Assembly: GCF_000143415.4 (NCBI RefSeq)
Contig: NW_003314266.1
Span: 2,246,486-2,310,485, forward strand
Source: Selaginella moellendorffii
Lineage: Eukaryota; Plantae; Lycopodiophyta
DNA length: 64,000 nucleotides
Direction: 5' to 3'
Under the pieces are notes generated by a model. That model made no database searches, was not told the DNA's origin, and worked only from the letters and a program-made list of their open reading frames with translations. Both the position numbers and the translations under genes were made by a program. Positions 1-13,299 of this stretch are shown piece after piece; position 1 is the stretch's first letter; every line of letters starts with the position of its first letter.

Positions 1-1162
1 TAGTATACCTTGGCCTGTACATTCCTGAAGCTGAGCTTCTATTGGACAATGCATGGGCAGAGCTAGCTCAGAGACGCAACTGATTAAGCTGGAGCAACTC
101 ATGAACCGAATCAGTCGATGAAGCGAATTCCCGTCACGAATTCCTGCCGCTTGTCCTTGCATTCCAGGCCCAGCTTAGCTATGAGCATCATTTGAGCCGC
201 TGGAGACGCAATACCAGCTGCCACAACCCATGTCTATCCCGAAAATGAACTTATGATTGTTGGGCCAGCTTTAACAATGGGGATTTTCTGTCACGGCAAA
301 AGAAGACTACTTCGAAAGCTTGAAAGTTTCAAGAGAACAACTGCTTGTACCAGTAACCCTTCGTTAAGAGACATGATGCAAAGTCCTTTAGATCGAATGG
401 CCTCATCTTCGCACCTTGCTCTTTTAGAATACGCACCACCTGCGAAACAGGAGGAAGAGCTTTTTGCCAAACGCTTTGCTGAACATGTACCTCCAACTCT
501 GCATCCTCACCACAAAATTTGCCATCTGGCTGCAAATAAGCCAATGTTGTGCCACTCCCGACGGCATCACAACCCCAGCCAGCCGATGATCTCGAGCTGG
601 CTCTCGGGGAGATGGGTTGACGGGCCTCTCAGGCCAGGCCCAGCAGCGTGGCTCCAATCCGGACCCTTGACGCTGATGATCGTGTGAGTGCACGCAGTAG
701 AACTCCCCCAAAACATTCATAAACTCTTTCCCACAAACAAAATGAACCCACTAGATCATACTTACTTTTCTTATTAAATTTATACCAAAAACAGAAAACT
801 AAAAGGTAAAAATAAAAAACTTATCATAGAAATTCAATGTGAACACATGCTCTGTATAAATTTTTCAACCCATGTTATAAGAATAAACTAAGTTGTTTGG
901 ATTTATAATTAGATTTTAACCTAATTGAACATAGATTGAGTGAAACAATATTCTTAATATTCTTATTATATTATTTCTTCATTTTTGTTAACTATATAAA
1001 ATAATATTAATTTTTTATTTAAGACAGATAACTAATAATTTCTTAGAAGCTCATAAGTATTTTTATGTCAACAACTTTTCCGACTAGTTAAGCAAAACCC
1101 AAAACCCAAAACCCAAAACTCAAAATTCTGCTATAAATTGTTATTAAGTTCTTATTATATAC

Positions 1163-1164
<2 letters not shown>

Positions 1165-1220
<56 letters not shown>
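1165..1220. repeat. (AT)n microsatellite
   Basis: Uninterrupted AT dinucleotide run of about 56 bp. Confidence 0.95.
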
Positions 1221-1223
<3 letters not shown>

Positions 1224-1859
1224 TATAAATTTCATTTAACATTATAAATATTTTATTAATTAAGTTCTGGCCCTTATGACCCCACTGACACTCCATCACC
1301 AAACAAATTTTTATGACCAAAAAACTAAAAAGTTTAAAAATTAAGCATCCTAATAAAAAAATTGAAATGTAATCTATTTATAAATCTGTCAAAACCATTT
1401 AAATATTGTAATATTTTAAATTTAAAACAACTCTAAATTTATTCAATAATACTGTCAATATAACATTTACAAAACATTTTTAAAAACAGTTACATTTAAA
1501 TTGCATAAATAATAAACACATTTAGTTATCATACAATTATATTGACATCACTTATCTATTAACTCTTCAAAATTTAACAATAAACATAAATATTAAACCT
1601 TGAAAAATATGTATTTGCAAATAAAACTTTAAATATTCCTAAACTATGTGAACTAAAAGGAATAAAAATCTATCTTCATATAATGTTTTTACATTAAAAT
1701 AAGTAATGAACTATCTAGTTGTAGTGATATTTTAGAAAAATCAGTCATGACATTATGCTGGTGATCAATGAAATTTGTAGAAATTTTTAGATTATGGGGT
1801 TTATGAATCCCAATATTAATTTGAATTATTTTTAATAATTTATAAGAATGAAATTATTT

Positions 1860-2138
1860 GTGAGTGCATGGAATATGGAAATATAATTCAAAAATGTGCA
1901 TATCAATTAATCCAAAAACCCTAGTATATATACAAAAGCAAATGATCCAAATTAAAACTAATTTGACAGTTACCAAAATCCCACTATACTAATATTAGTA
2001 TATGGAATTGTAGTTATTTGGACCTCATGCCATCCTCTCCTCTTGGAATGATGGAAAACTGTTAAAGTTTTTTTGTGGATGAGTTGGGATCTAGAGGAAC
2101 ATTAGGAGGAGGCATTGGTGAATTTATAAGTGGTGTTA
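1860..2138 (-). mobile_element. Degenerate LTR of an old Ty3/gypsy family
   Basis: Clear similarity to 13106-13253 (same orientation) and to the reverse complement of 13990-14260. Shared blocks include taccaaaatcccactat and ttggacctca. Confidence 0.6.
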
Positions 2139-3535
2139 ATTGTTGAGTAAAGAGCCCCTCAGATAAACAAGTGTAGACTATACTTGAGTTCACAAGTTGA
2201 AGAATCGAGCTTGTAAGTTGAGCTCAAGTTTCAATTATAATTTAATACAAACATTATAAATTTTAAAATATTAAAGTTATGGCAAATTTAATAATTTCAT
2301 AACTCTATACAGATTATATAGATAAAAATGTTCTAAAAGACACTTCTTGTTCTAACATTGTAAAGTCGAAGATAGACTTATTCGCATCTTGCCAAAACTG
2401 GAACAAGTCTTAACAAGATGTTGTGGAGGAACCTCCTAACAGAACATGCTCCTGAATATCTAGAAGAGAGTGTCAAAGTCTTCTTTCTCCTCTACCTCAA
2501 GTGCAAGTACCCATCATCATGTACGGTTATGTATCAATTGAGTGAATGCCTCATGCTTGGTTACATCGTCTATAATCTTATTCCTAGCACAGTAAAAATA
2601 GAAGGTTACAAGGTGATCCTCCACTAAAATCCCCATTCCTGGCTCAAAGAAGGGGAGCTCAAGACCATGTTGCAATACATGTACTGTCAGCATGGGTGGT
2701 GGAAGTGGAGGAGGTCGCTATGCTATCCTTTGTTGATTTGTAGCTATTAGTTAGTACTTAGGATCTTTAGGAGTGTCTCTTAGCATCTCTGGAAGTGATA
2801 GATTTGCATTTTGAGGAAAAATCCAAGGCAAGGATGCACTATGCTAATATGCTAACTTGGTATTTACAGCAGATGGTGAATCCTCACTGTCCAACAAAGC
2901 TGTGTGATAATCTACCTCTCATCGAAGTTTAAAGAACTTTTCATAAATATGGGGAGCCAAAAAAAAACCAAGAACTAATCATTTTTCTATATTCTTTGTG
3001 TGTACAAGCATGAAATACACAAAGTGTAGCAAATGTCCAATCATGGGATAAATCTAGAGGGAACCCCAAGCAAAAATAAACTACTTGTGAATGTAAAGTA
3101 CTTGCTATATGCTCTAGGACACACAAGAAAATGTCCAAAAATACCTCAACACTTTCTCTATACTCAAGAAGTTGTGGAAATGACCTCCTCTTGACCAAAT
3201 GCTACTCAAATAGCAAAGAAACAGACAAATTGCAAAAGGTATTCATTCACAAACACCCCTTTAAGCTCTGAAACAAGTTTATAACAAAAAATTTCATGGC
3301 AAAATCAATGAAAAAATAAAATCCTTTCTCACAACCCAAACAAGAAAACATCTTGGTAAAAAATATGCTCAAACTTGAGATCTAGAGCATTAAAATTCAT
3401 GAGACCAGATGCAAATGAAGTTTAAGACTATGTAAAAACTTTTTCTAGAAGTAACCTTCACAAAAAACTCAAAGAAATTCCTTCACTTCTCTCAATCATG
3501 ACAAAGAAAAATTCAATAAATCTCGTAGTATAAAA

Positions 3536-3926
3536 TGTCAGGAATCCCTCAATTCTTGCCACATTCCTGACTCTCGCCAGATTCCTGACTTGCAGACCAC
3601 ATTCCTAACTCTCGAGACACTTCCCTATTCCTGACTCTTGAGACACTTCCCTATTCCTGACTCTCGAGACACTTTCCGATTCCTGAGTCTCGAGCCATAT
3701 TCTTGATGATGATGATGTGGCGCCTCCTTGACCTCAGCTATATTTAGGCCGTCCTCGATCCAAGAATGGTGGAGCTTCGTCAACCTATAGTATATATAGG
3801 TTAGCCTTGTTCCATTTCTCCACAATCTAAATCAACGCCAGTCTAAGGCCTCTTCTTTGTTTCCATTAGCTTTTTCTCTTTGTCTTTTTGCATTTTCCAG
3901 TCTTGATCTTGTCGGGGGTCTTGACA
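3536..3926 (+). repeat. 5' LTR (391 bp)
   Basis: TG..CA ends, internal ~26-bp tandem repeats (attcctgactctcgagacacttccct), TATATATA at 3791-3798. Direct repeat of 8689-9053. Confidence 0.95.
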
Positions 3927-4011
3927 GTTTGATTCAGATTGTGTTTTTTTGTTTTTTGATTTAGCTCGTTTTGATTGTTTGATTACCTTTGCCTTTTTTT
4001 CCCCCTTGCCG

Positions 4012-4983
4012 ATGGAGTCTCCAAGTCATCCTGATTTCTTTGCTGAAGTCCTTGCAAAAATCCAGTCTGAGAATACCGAGTTGAAGGCGACCCTTCTTCG
4101 CATGCAGCAAGAACTTGCTTCACTTTCGGCTCAAGGATCCAACAAAGTTCCTGAACCAAAGGTGAGTTTCCCGGCGAAATTTTCAGGCAAGCGTTCGGAG
4201 CTTCGCAGATTCCTGAACCAGATGGAGTTGATCTTTGCACTTCAACATCGGCGGTACCCCACTCCCGAGTCTCAAATCGGCGCGATTGGGACGTTGCTCA
4301 AAGGTGCAGCCTTGTCATGGTTTTCTCCTCTTCTGGAGAAGAGCATGAAAGGGGTCGTGGTTCCGGAGCTGATGGATCTTCAATTGTTCAAAGAGAAGCT
4401 CGAAGCATGTTTTGGCGAGACGGATCGGGTTCGGGCTGCTACCACAAAGATGAGACGTCTCTCTCAGGGGTCTCGTCCTGCCTTGATCTACGCTGCAGAG
4501 TTCCAACTCCTTGCTTTGGACACTCAGTGGGATGAGCGGGCCCTGATTGACCAATTTCGTTTCGGCCTCAACAACGGTGTCAAGGATTTGTTGCTCACCA
4601 TGGAGGATCCCAAGGACTTGTCGGACGCCATCAACAAAGCTGTTCGATGTGACAATCGTCTCTTTGAACGTCGTCAGGAAAAACGCTGCGCCGCTGTTTT
4701 TCCGTCCCAGACTCAGGAATCCCAGCTTGAGTCTTCGGGGCATACTCCTGAACCTACTGCTCCGGTTCCGATGGATATTTCTGGTACTCCCCGACTCATT
4801 AGAGGGAAGTTGAGTCCTGCTGAGATGCAACATCGAATATCTCATAATCTTTGCCTTTATTGTGCTGATCCTAATCACAAAGCTGCTGTATGTCCCAAGA
4901 AGCCTCCTCGACTGCTCGAGTTCACTCTGCCTCAAAGTCCACCTCTATTGCAGTCGGAAAACGACCTTGTCCAAACAGAGTAG
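4012..4983 (+). CDS. gag: Retrotransposon Gag with CCHC zinc knuckle
   Basis: Open ORF from ATG 4012 (MESPSHP). PEPKVSFPAKFSG capsid-like motif, LSQGSRPALIYAAEF, PMDI, CLYCADPNHKAAVC knuckle. Confidence 0.9.
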   Translation: MESPSHPDFFAEVLAKIQSENTELKATLLRMQQELASLSAQGSNKVPEPKVSFPAKFSGKRSELRRFLNQMELIFALQHRRYPTPESQIGAIGTLLKGAALSWFSPLLEKSMKGVVVPELMDLQLFKEKLEACFGETDRVRAATTKMRRLSQGSRPALIYAAEFQLLALDTQWDERALIDQFRFGLNNGVKDLLLTMEDPKDLSDAINKAVRCDNRLFERRQEKRCAAVFPSQTQESQLESSGHTPEPTAPVPMDISGTPRLIRGKLSPAEMQHRISHNLCLYCADPNHKAAVCPKKPPRLLEFTLPQSPPLLQSENDLVQTE

Positions 4984-7900
4984 GAGCTATTTGTTTGGAC
5001 TCCCCCAATAAAAATCACTTTTCTTCTTTATCAAGCTCTTCACCACCTTTCATCAAAGCCACCACCAATTCCCGCAACTTCCGCGTCCCATGTCTCTTTT
5101 CTTTCACCGGACAATCAGGACTCAAGGCTCTGGCGCTACTGGACTCAGGTGCAACTTCCTACTTCATGGACACGGACTTTGCTGCCCGACATCACGTTCC
5201 TCTTTCTCCTACCATACGGGATTTGAGGGTTGAAGGCATCGGCGGGCATTTTGTGTCTCCATCTTCTGGACTTAGGGAAACATTGCCTGTTCGAGTACAC
5301 ATCGGGTCCACCGTCACCGATATCGCCTTCAACATCATCAACAGCAAGTCCTCCTCTGTGGTGCTCGGTCTTCCTTGGTTCCAACTACATCAGCCTCAGA
5401 TCTGTTGGAAGGAATTACAGCTCATCTCTCCCACGGCTTCCCCTCCTGTTCATCGAGTCCGAATCAGGAATCGGTGTTCTGTTCCTGACTCTACAAAGTT
5501 TTCACCCTCTTCTTTTCCCTCTCTTCCATCTTACACTGGACCGTATCCTCGTCTCATCATTCCATTTAGTCGTACGCCTCCCCCTATCTCCACAATCACT
5601 ATGAAAGAACTCCTTCATGAAGAACCTTTTTTCCTTTTTGCTTTACATGTTTCTCCTGTCATTCTTCCTGAGAAGTATCATGATTTTGGGGATGTGTTTG
5701 ACAAGAAAAAAGCTAGTGTACTGCCTGTTCATCGGCCTTATGATTGTCCCATTGATTTACAGGAAGGAGCGTCACCTCCGTGGGGACCTATCTACAGGTT
5801 ATCCCCGTCCGAGCTTAAGGCCCTCAAAGAGTACGTGGATGAGAACCTTGCCTCGGGCTACATTCAGCATTCGCAGTCCCCGGCTGGAGCGTCTGTCTTC
5901 TTTGTCAAGAAGAAGGATGGGAGCTTGCGGCTAGTCATCGACTACCGAGGTTTGAACAAGGTGACTATTTGGAACCGTTATCCGCTGCCCCTGATCTCGG
6001 ACCTGTTGGAACGCCTCAGCGGTGCCCGCTTCTTCACCAAGATCGACCTCCGTGGAGCATACAACCTGATCCGGATCCGGCATGGTGATGAATGGAAGAC
6101 TGTGTTCCGAACCCGCTATGGCCACTTCGAGTACACTGTCATGCCATTTGGCTTGACAAATGCTCTAGCAGTTTTCCAACACATGGCAAACAACGTCTTT
6201 CGGGAGTTTCTCGATCAGATGGTGATCGTCTACCTCGATGACATCCTCATCTACTCAAAAACTCAGGAGGAGCACGACGAACATGTACGCAAGGTGCTAG
6301 CGAAGTTGCGAGAACACGGCCTATACGCGAAGCTTGAGAAATGCTCGTTTGATCAGCAGTCTGTGGAGTTCCTTGGGTACATTGTCACTCCTGAGGGTAT
6401 CACGATGGATCCTACCAAAGTCAAGACTATTCTCGAATGGGAGCCTCCACAATCAATGTCGGACGTTTAGGTTTTCCTTGGCTTCGCCAACTTCTACCGC
6501 AAATTCATTGATCACTACTCTGACATTGTCCTTCCTCTCACGCATCTCACTCGCAAGGATGTTCCCTTCTCTTGGTCTGCTGCTGCCTAGCAGGCCTTCG
6601 ACACACTCAAGGCGGCCTTCAGTTCTGCTCTCGTCTTGATCCATGCTAATTCCTCACAACCTTTCTTCATCGAGGCTGACGCCTCCGACTTTGCCATTGG
6701 TGTTGTGCTGTCTCAACTCGGAGCGGATCACGAACTTCATCCGGTCGCTTTCCATTCTCGAAAATTCCAGCCTGCAGAGATCAATTACGAAATCCACGAC
6801 AAGGAGCTCCTTGCCATTGTGGATTCCTTTGGAGAGTGGCGCCGTTTCTTGGAGGGGGCGGACCATCAAACAATAGTCTGGACGGATCACAAAAATCTCG
6901 AGTACTTTGCCACTTCCCGAGTTTTGAGCTGTCGTCAAGCAAGGTGGGCACAATTCCTGAGTCGGTTTGACTTTGTTATCAAGTACAGACCTGGAAAGCT
7001 TCAAGGCCTTCCTGATGCTCTTTCAAGGCGCTCCTATCTCAGTCTCAGGCTTGGTAATCCTGCCTTCGATCAACAGGATCAAGTTATCCTCGGTCCTGAT
7101 CGGCTTCAAGTTATGGCAATTTCCCTGGCCCCTCAGGACTCCTCCTTGATGGATGCAATTAGAAACAATCTCCAATCCGATGACCTCGCCAGCGATATTT
7201 TCACCCATCTTCAGGCTGGACACCGAGTGACTCCCGACTGCCGGCGATTTGACGAGTTCGAGTTCTTAGATGGCTTATTGTACCGTGGGGAGCAGCTTTA
7301 CGTTCCTGAAGGTGATGCTCGAAGGTTGGTCCTGATGGCGTGCCACGATAGCCCGACTGCTGGTCATTTCGGCATTGCGAAAACCTATGAGCTAGTTGCA
7401 CGGGACTTTTGGTGGCCTCATATGGATGACTACATCAAAGCTTTTGTTACCGGAATAAGGTACCTCGCCACCTTCCTTTAGGTTTGCTTCATTCCCTCCT
7501 AGTCCCTTCAGGTCCTTAGGAATCCATCTTCATGGATTTCTTGAGTGATCTTTCGAGTTCTGGAAGCTTCAACAGTATTTTAGTCGTGGTGGATCGCTTC
7601 ACAAAGATGGCATACTTCTTGCCGTGTACCAAGGAATTTTCGGGCGAGGACATGGCAAAATTGGTATTCAGGAAAATTTTCCGACTTCATGGGATTCCTA
7701 CAGATGTGGTTTCGGATCGGGGGCCTCAGTTCATCTCTCATTTCTAGCAACGGTTTTTGCAGCTGCTTGGAGTGAAGGCCAACTTCTCTTCGGCATATCA
7801 TCCTCAAATTGATGGACAGTCCGAGCGAACGATTCAGACGCTGGAACAATTCTTGAGGTGCTTCATCAACTATCATCAGGATAACTGGTTCGATATCCTT

Positions 7901-8677
7901 CCCCTTGCTGAGTTCTCCTATAACAACTCTGTTCACTCCTCTCTTCGAGTTTCCCCCTTCTTTGCGAACTCTGGCCAAAATCCCCGATTCAATCTCTCAC
8001 TTCCTTCTCCATTTGAATCCTCTCGTTCAAATCCCCGCTCTGAGGCATTTATCTCCAACCTCCAGGAAATCCACAACTCTATCTCCTTCCACCTCCATCG
8101 TGCTCAGGAATCTCACAAAACATTTGCCAATGTCCATCGTCAAGATTGTCCCCCTTACAATATCGGGGATAAAGTCTGGCTCCTCAGGTGAAATATCTCC
8201 ACCACCAGGCCCTGTCCAAAACTCGATTTCAAATGCCTCGGTCCTTTTCCTATCACTGCCATTATTAATCCCATCACTTATCGCCTTGCACTTCCCTCCT
8301 CATATCAAATTCACCCCGTTTTTCACTCCTCTCTCCTTGAGCCTTATATTCCCAGTCCTATTCCAAATCGAGTCATTCCTCCGCCTCCACCAGTGCAGCT
8401 CGAGGATGGGTCTGAGTACGAGGTTCAGGACATCCTTGATTCCAAGATTTCACGGTCTAAACTCTACTATCTGGTGGACTGGAAGGGTTACGGACCTGAG
8501 GAACGCACTTGGGAACCTGCGGACAACCTGATTCATTCTCCTGACCTTGTTCAGGACTTCCACCGCCGCTATCCTTCTCGTCCTAATCCTCATTCTTTTT
8601 TTCCATCTCCCATCCCTCGCCGCTCATCTCATCCTCCTCTTCGTTCTCTTTCACATCCTCGTTCCACTCGTTCTTGA
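4956..8677 (+). pseudogene. pol: Pol (protease, RT, RNase H, integrase, chromodomain) with several in-frame stops
   Basis: LLDSGATS protease, YLDDILI RT, DASD..NYEIHDKELLA RNase H, HDSPTAGHFG and SDRGPQF integrase, EYEVQDILDS..YLVDWKGYGPEERTWEP chromodomain. Stops at 6468, 6588, 7517, 7745 and 8189, and a disrupted integrase Zn finger near 7450. Confidence 0.92.
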
Positions 8678-8688
8678 GGAGGGGGTGT

Positions 8689-9053
8689 TTTCAAGAATCC
8701 CCTAATTCTTGCCACATTTCTGACTCTCGCCGGATTCTTGACCTGCAGACCACATTCCTGACTCTTGAGACACTTCCCTATTCCTGACTCTCAAGACACT
8801 TCCCGATTCCTGAATCTCGAGCCATATTCTTGATGATGATGATGTGGTGCCTCCTCAAGCTCAGCTATATTTAGGCCGTCCTTGATCCAAGAGTGGTGGA
8901 GCTTCGTCAACCTATAGTATATATAGGTTAGCCTTGTTCCATTTCTCCACAATCTGAATCAACGCCAGTTTAAGGCCTCTTCTTTGTTTCCACTAGCTTT
9001 TTCTCTTTGTCTTTTTGCATTTTCCAGTCTTGATCTTGTCGGGGGTCTTGACA
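8689..9053 (+). repeat. 3' LTR (365 bp)
   Basis: Direct repeat of the 5' LTR lacking one 26-bp internal unit. The first TG is mutated to TT. Confidence 0.95.
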
Positions 9054-9959
9054 TAAAACTCATAAAATCACATTTTTGGGCTTGGGAGAAAGCTTTCCAC
9101 CTTTTCTATAGTTCCATGTAAAAAAAATTTAGGAAATTTCATCCTAGAAATAGTGAGAAGCTCAAGAACCTTTCCTCACGCTTGAAATAAATAAGTGTGG
9201 GAGAAAAATTGCTTTAAATCACTTCAAATTGACTCAAATCTTGCATGCAAACATTCGAAAGAAAGCCTATGAATAAATTTAGCAGAAGAGCTCAAGAAAG
9301 ACTGAAATGGTGGTGTGTCCACCTTGTGATAAACTTCTAAAGTTGTTATTGTGCGTATTATAGAAAAATGGAAGTTGCTTTTAAAATTTCTCCAGAACCA
9401 ATGCTATTAGCAAAACTGAGAATTTTCAAGAATTTACTCCAAAACCCCAAGAAAAACCAAAGAACCAAGGGGAGGATTGGGCAGAAAGCAATCTCCCCCA
9501 ATGGAGTTGCTAGATGTTGAGAGGGAAGCCTCTCAACAATGGGGAGAATACTCTTTCATCCTCTGAAATTTTACTCAGAACATCTTCTTTTATGAACTCT
9601 CTACCTTAGAAAATGGGGAAGAAGGGGAATATACCCTTATGCTATAGAATCTCCTCATGCCCTTAGAATATTCTAACAATGGAATATTCTAGAGGATCTC
9701 ATTCAACTCTAATCCATTTTCTAACCCATCGCAAAAAGGTTCACTGATAAAGAAGACCGTCCCTACAACATAAAGAAGGCATGGAGAAAACGTGGAATAA
9801 AAATCAAAAACACCACTAGCCATAAATGATCATCAAGATTCGTTCTCACAAAATAAAGAAGACCGTCCTCAAAGCGATATTGAAAAAGTAAATGCCAAAA
9901 TAGCAAATCATCACCAAGTGAAAATGATGTAGAATTCTCAAACTTATCATGAAGCCTTC

Positions 9960-12900
9960 GAATCCACAACTCAACCTTTTGAACCTCACGAATATCGTCA
10001 AAAGAAGGTAAATCTTGCTTTACACTTTGTGGACACTAAACATTAAAGATAACCATTGTTAATGGCACAAAATTCTCATCCTCCTGAGAAAAGGCATTAG
10101 CATCAGCTATAGAACTCCCTTAGCAATGAACAACATCAAAATCATATATTTAAAGCTTCAAAATCTATAGAGTAGTACGATCAACCAAGTTCTTCTACTT
10201 TAATAATGAAGTAACTATAGCATAATCATCTTTTAGTAATGTCCAAGAACCATGTAAATATGTATGAAGTTTCTTGAAACCCCAAATTGTCGTGAAGTAG
10301 TTCACCTCCACTGGTTGTAAAGTACAACTGATATGTAATGGGATGGTGTTGACTAAACACATTTGGGCTCTTTTGCATCAGCACAGCTCCAAGACTAATA
10401 TCAAAAGCATCCACATGTAAAATAAAAAGTTGAGTGTAGTTAGGATATGTTAAAACTAGAAGAGTCGTCAATAACTCTTTAAGATTCGTAAACGCTTGCT
10501 CACAGTCCACAGACCAAATGAAAGATGACATTCACGATTGCAGCAACACTTACAATGGTGTAGTGTGATAAAAAAGATGATCAACAAAATGCAAGATATT
10601 GCACCTTGCCCAAAAAACATTGCACATCATTTACATATTTCAAAGTAGAAAACTTTAGAATATCTATAAGTTTGTCAAAATTAACTTGCAAATCCTTACG
10701 AGAAATACAATACCCAAGATAAATCATGTTCTTTGACCCAAACACGCACTTCAACCGCTTTAACTTTAATTCAACACCTTACAAACATCATGGATGTGTT
10801 CCTTTTATATCCTTTATAAATGGATCAAGACATCATCAATAAAATCAGCAATCACTTTTGCTATGTTACAAAAAACCATCATTCGTTGGAAAGTTGTTGG
10901 AGCATTGTTCAAACCAAACAACATCACTAATAAATTGTATAAACTAAAATATATATAAAATTTTTTCTTAGGAATATTTTCCTTGGCCATTATCATTTGC
11001 CAGTACATAGAAGCAAAATTTAATTTGGTGAACTAATGACTTCTCCCTAGACAATCCACGATATCAATAGTGTAAAGAAGAGGGTACACATCCAAGATCA
11101 TCACTTCATTTAACGGACGATAGTTAATGTAAAAAGAAATACTCTCATTAAACTTCATCACAAAATAAGGTTCATATGCTCAAAGACTCCATAACTTTTG
11201 AATAACACTATTTTCCAACATCTCTTTGATGTTTGTATGTAAATTTTTTAAATTTTTTGGTAATTGACAACAAATAGAAACCTTGATTGGATGAGCATCT
11301 TTAGTCGGAATAGGATGACATATTGCAATCTTGACCCCAAATAATAGGTCAAATTCAAAAAAATTGGCATACTGCTTCATGAACTAATTAACCACTACAA
11401 TATAAAAGCTGTCAAAAGGATTGGAAGAGGGAATAAAGGAATAAAATAAAAATATAAGAGGAGGTAATAAAGAGACAAAAGTGATGGAAGTAGAGGGTTA
11501 AAAAGGAACAAAAGTGAGAAGAATGGAAAAAATATAAAGAAGTATAAAATAAGGGGGAGAAGTTTCAAAATCATATTTGATATGATTGTGCTGCAACCAA
11601 TCCATACTAAGAATGAGGTCAAATCCTTGATTTGGCAGCACCTACAATATTTGCAACTCAAGCTCAAAATCACTCACACTCATAACTAAGTTCACCTCAT
11701 CCTGTATACATGTGTGTGTACTATTATTGCTATATAGAATGAAAATTGGCTCTACCATATAATAGAAATATAAATCGCAACATATGGCAATAGGCCGAGC
11801 AATACAAGATAAATTCAAACTTGTATCAACCAATAGTCGACGGTTGTCTTCAACAAGCCCAAAACACCCCAACCAACAAAAAGTAGAGAGAATAATAGGA
11901 GACCTATTCTTATAAAAACAACTTTGGAAAGTAAATACTTGATGAATTAATGCTAAGTGAACCCTTTAATGATACTCCCAAAAGAAAGATGGAAGGGTCA
12001 TTGATTTATTTGTATAAGGACCTTTTGCTACTTGCGTAACTTCTTGTTTCTCGAAAGCATCTTTATGTTTAAACCTTCCACTACAGTAGCACAAATAAGA
12101 CGTTGTTAACACCAATGTCTCCACCTAGAAAATGGAGGTTGCTAATCTGGAAAATGCTGACAATACCGATAAATGTGACTAATTTCATCATACACATCAT
12201 GGCCACGACCACGTCCTTACCCTTATCTTTGAACTTGGGTAGCAATGGCATCAACTTCTATTGAAATAGGACCATCTCCCATAGGAAGTGGAGCTAAAGG
12301 ACATGTAACAAGAAGTGGAAAATGTGACATTTTATAACATTATGTTAAGTGAAGAACATTGTCAAGGGTGGCTAGAGCAAATATATACACAATTCTTACA
12401 AGATTTTGATGAAGTGCTGGCCACAATATTCCCAACTTGATTTACTTTGACATATTAAGCTTTGCATGAAGCAAAAAGCTTCAGAAATAAACACTAAATT
12501 GCATTACAAACTTAGATGGCCTTTCACAAAGATGATGCAATTGTTGAAAGGCATCATCACAATCGTCAACATATCCGAATGTGCATTTGAAAATATTCAA
12601 GAGAATGCTCCAATCCTCATGAGTGGTTGCGCTCAAACTATTATACCATTGTAGCATTGTACCTTGGAGACATGTGGGAAATTCAAATAAATGCCAAACA
12701 TCATCCCAAAATTGATATGTGGCAATTATTATGAAGTGATCAAACAAATGGTATACATCATCCCTAGGATTCCCACGGAATAACTTTAGCTAAACTCAAA
12801 GATTGACAACAAGAGCAAGAGGAGTTGTAACACATGTTATGAATGCCATTATTAACTAAGTCTAATTATTCAACTGCAACTATATAGCATCAAGTAAATC

Positions 12901-13253
12901 CACCAATTAATACTCTAAAGTCAAAGGAGGAGCAAGCTGCTATTTTACCATGAAAATGAATGAAAAGACAAAAAAAAAAAAGAGAAGAAATTGAAAAAGC
13001 TATAAGGAAAGGGAAATTTAGACAATGCAAAAGTTAAATCTAAAATAAAATTTTAAATCCAAGCACTCCTTAAGGACAATCAAATTTGCCCTTCACATCC
13101 ACCAATGTGAATGTGTAGAATATGAAAATGAAATATAAAAATATGCACATCAATTAGCCCAAACACCAGATTGAAACCAATCTAACAACTACCAAAATCC
13201 CACTATGCTAATATGAGTATATGGCACTATAGCTGTACACTTGGACCTCACAT
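9960..13253 (-). mobile_element. Heavily degenerate Ty3/gypsy element (partial LTR, PBS, gag, RT, RNase H remnants)
   Basis: Broken RT/RH peptides MLFGLNNAPTTFQRMM, FIDDVLI, FILHVDAFDISLGAVLMQ and gag-like WYNSL. The LTR end is followed by TTGGTGGATGTG, a PBS-like sequence near 13090-13105. Confidence 0.75.
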
Positions 13254-13299
13254 ATTTAAATATAACATAGAATAATTTTGATGAACTCAATAAAATCTT

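Larger units (their letters stand above)
3536..9053 (+). mobile_element. Full-length Ty3/gypsy chromovirus LTR retrotransposon (Tcn1/Tf1-like), inactivated
   Basis: Two LTRs (TGTCA...TGACA), 5-bp TSD TAAAA at 3531-3535 and 9054-9058, PPT GAGGAGGGGG at 8676-8685. Domain order is gag-PR-RT-RH-IN-chromodomain. Confidence 0.97.

Noticed and set aside
1-720. ORFs at the window start
   Set aside because: No recognisable motif. Possibly a LINE remnant, but this is unsupported.
1094-1125. (AAAACCC)3 as interstitial telomere
   Set aside because: Too short, and it differs from the plant TTTAGGG unit.
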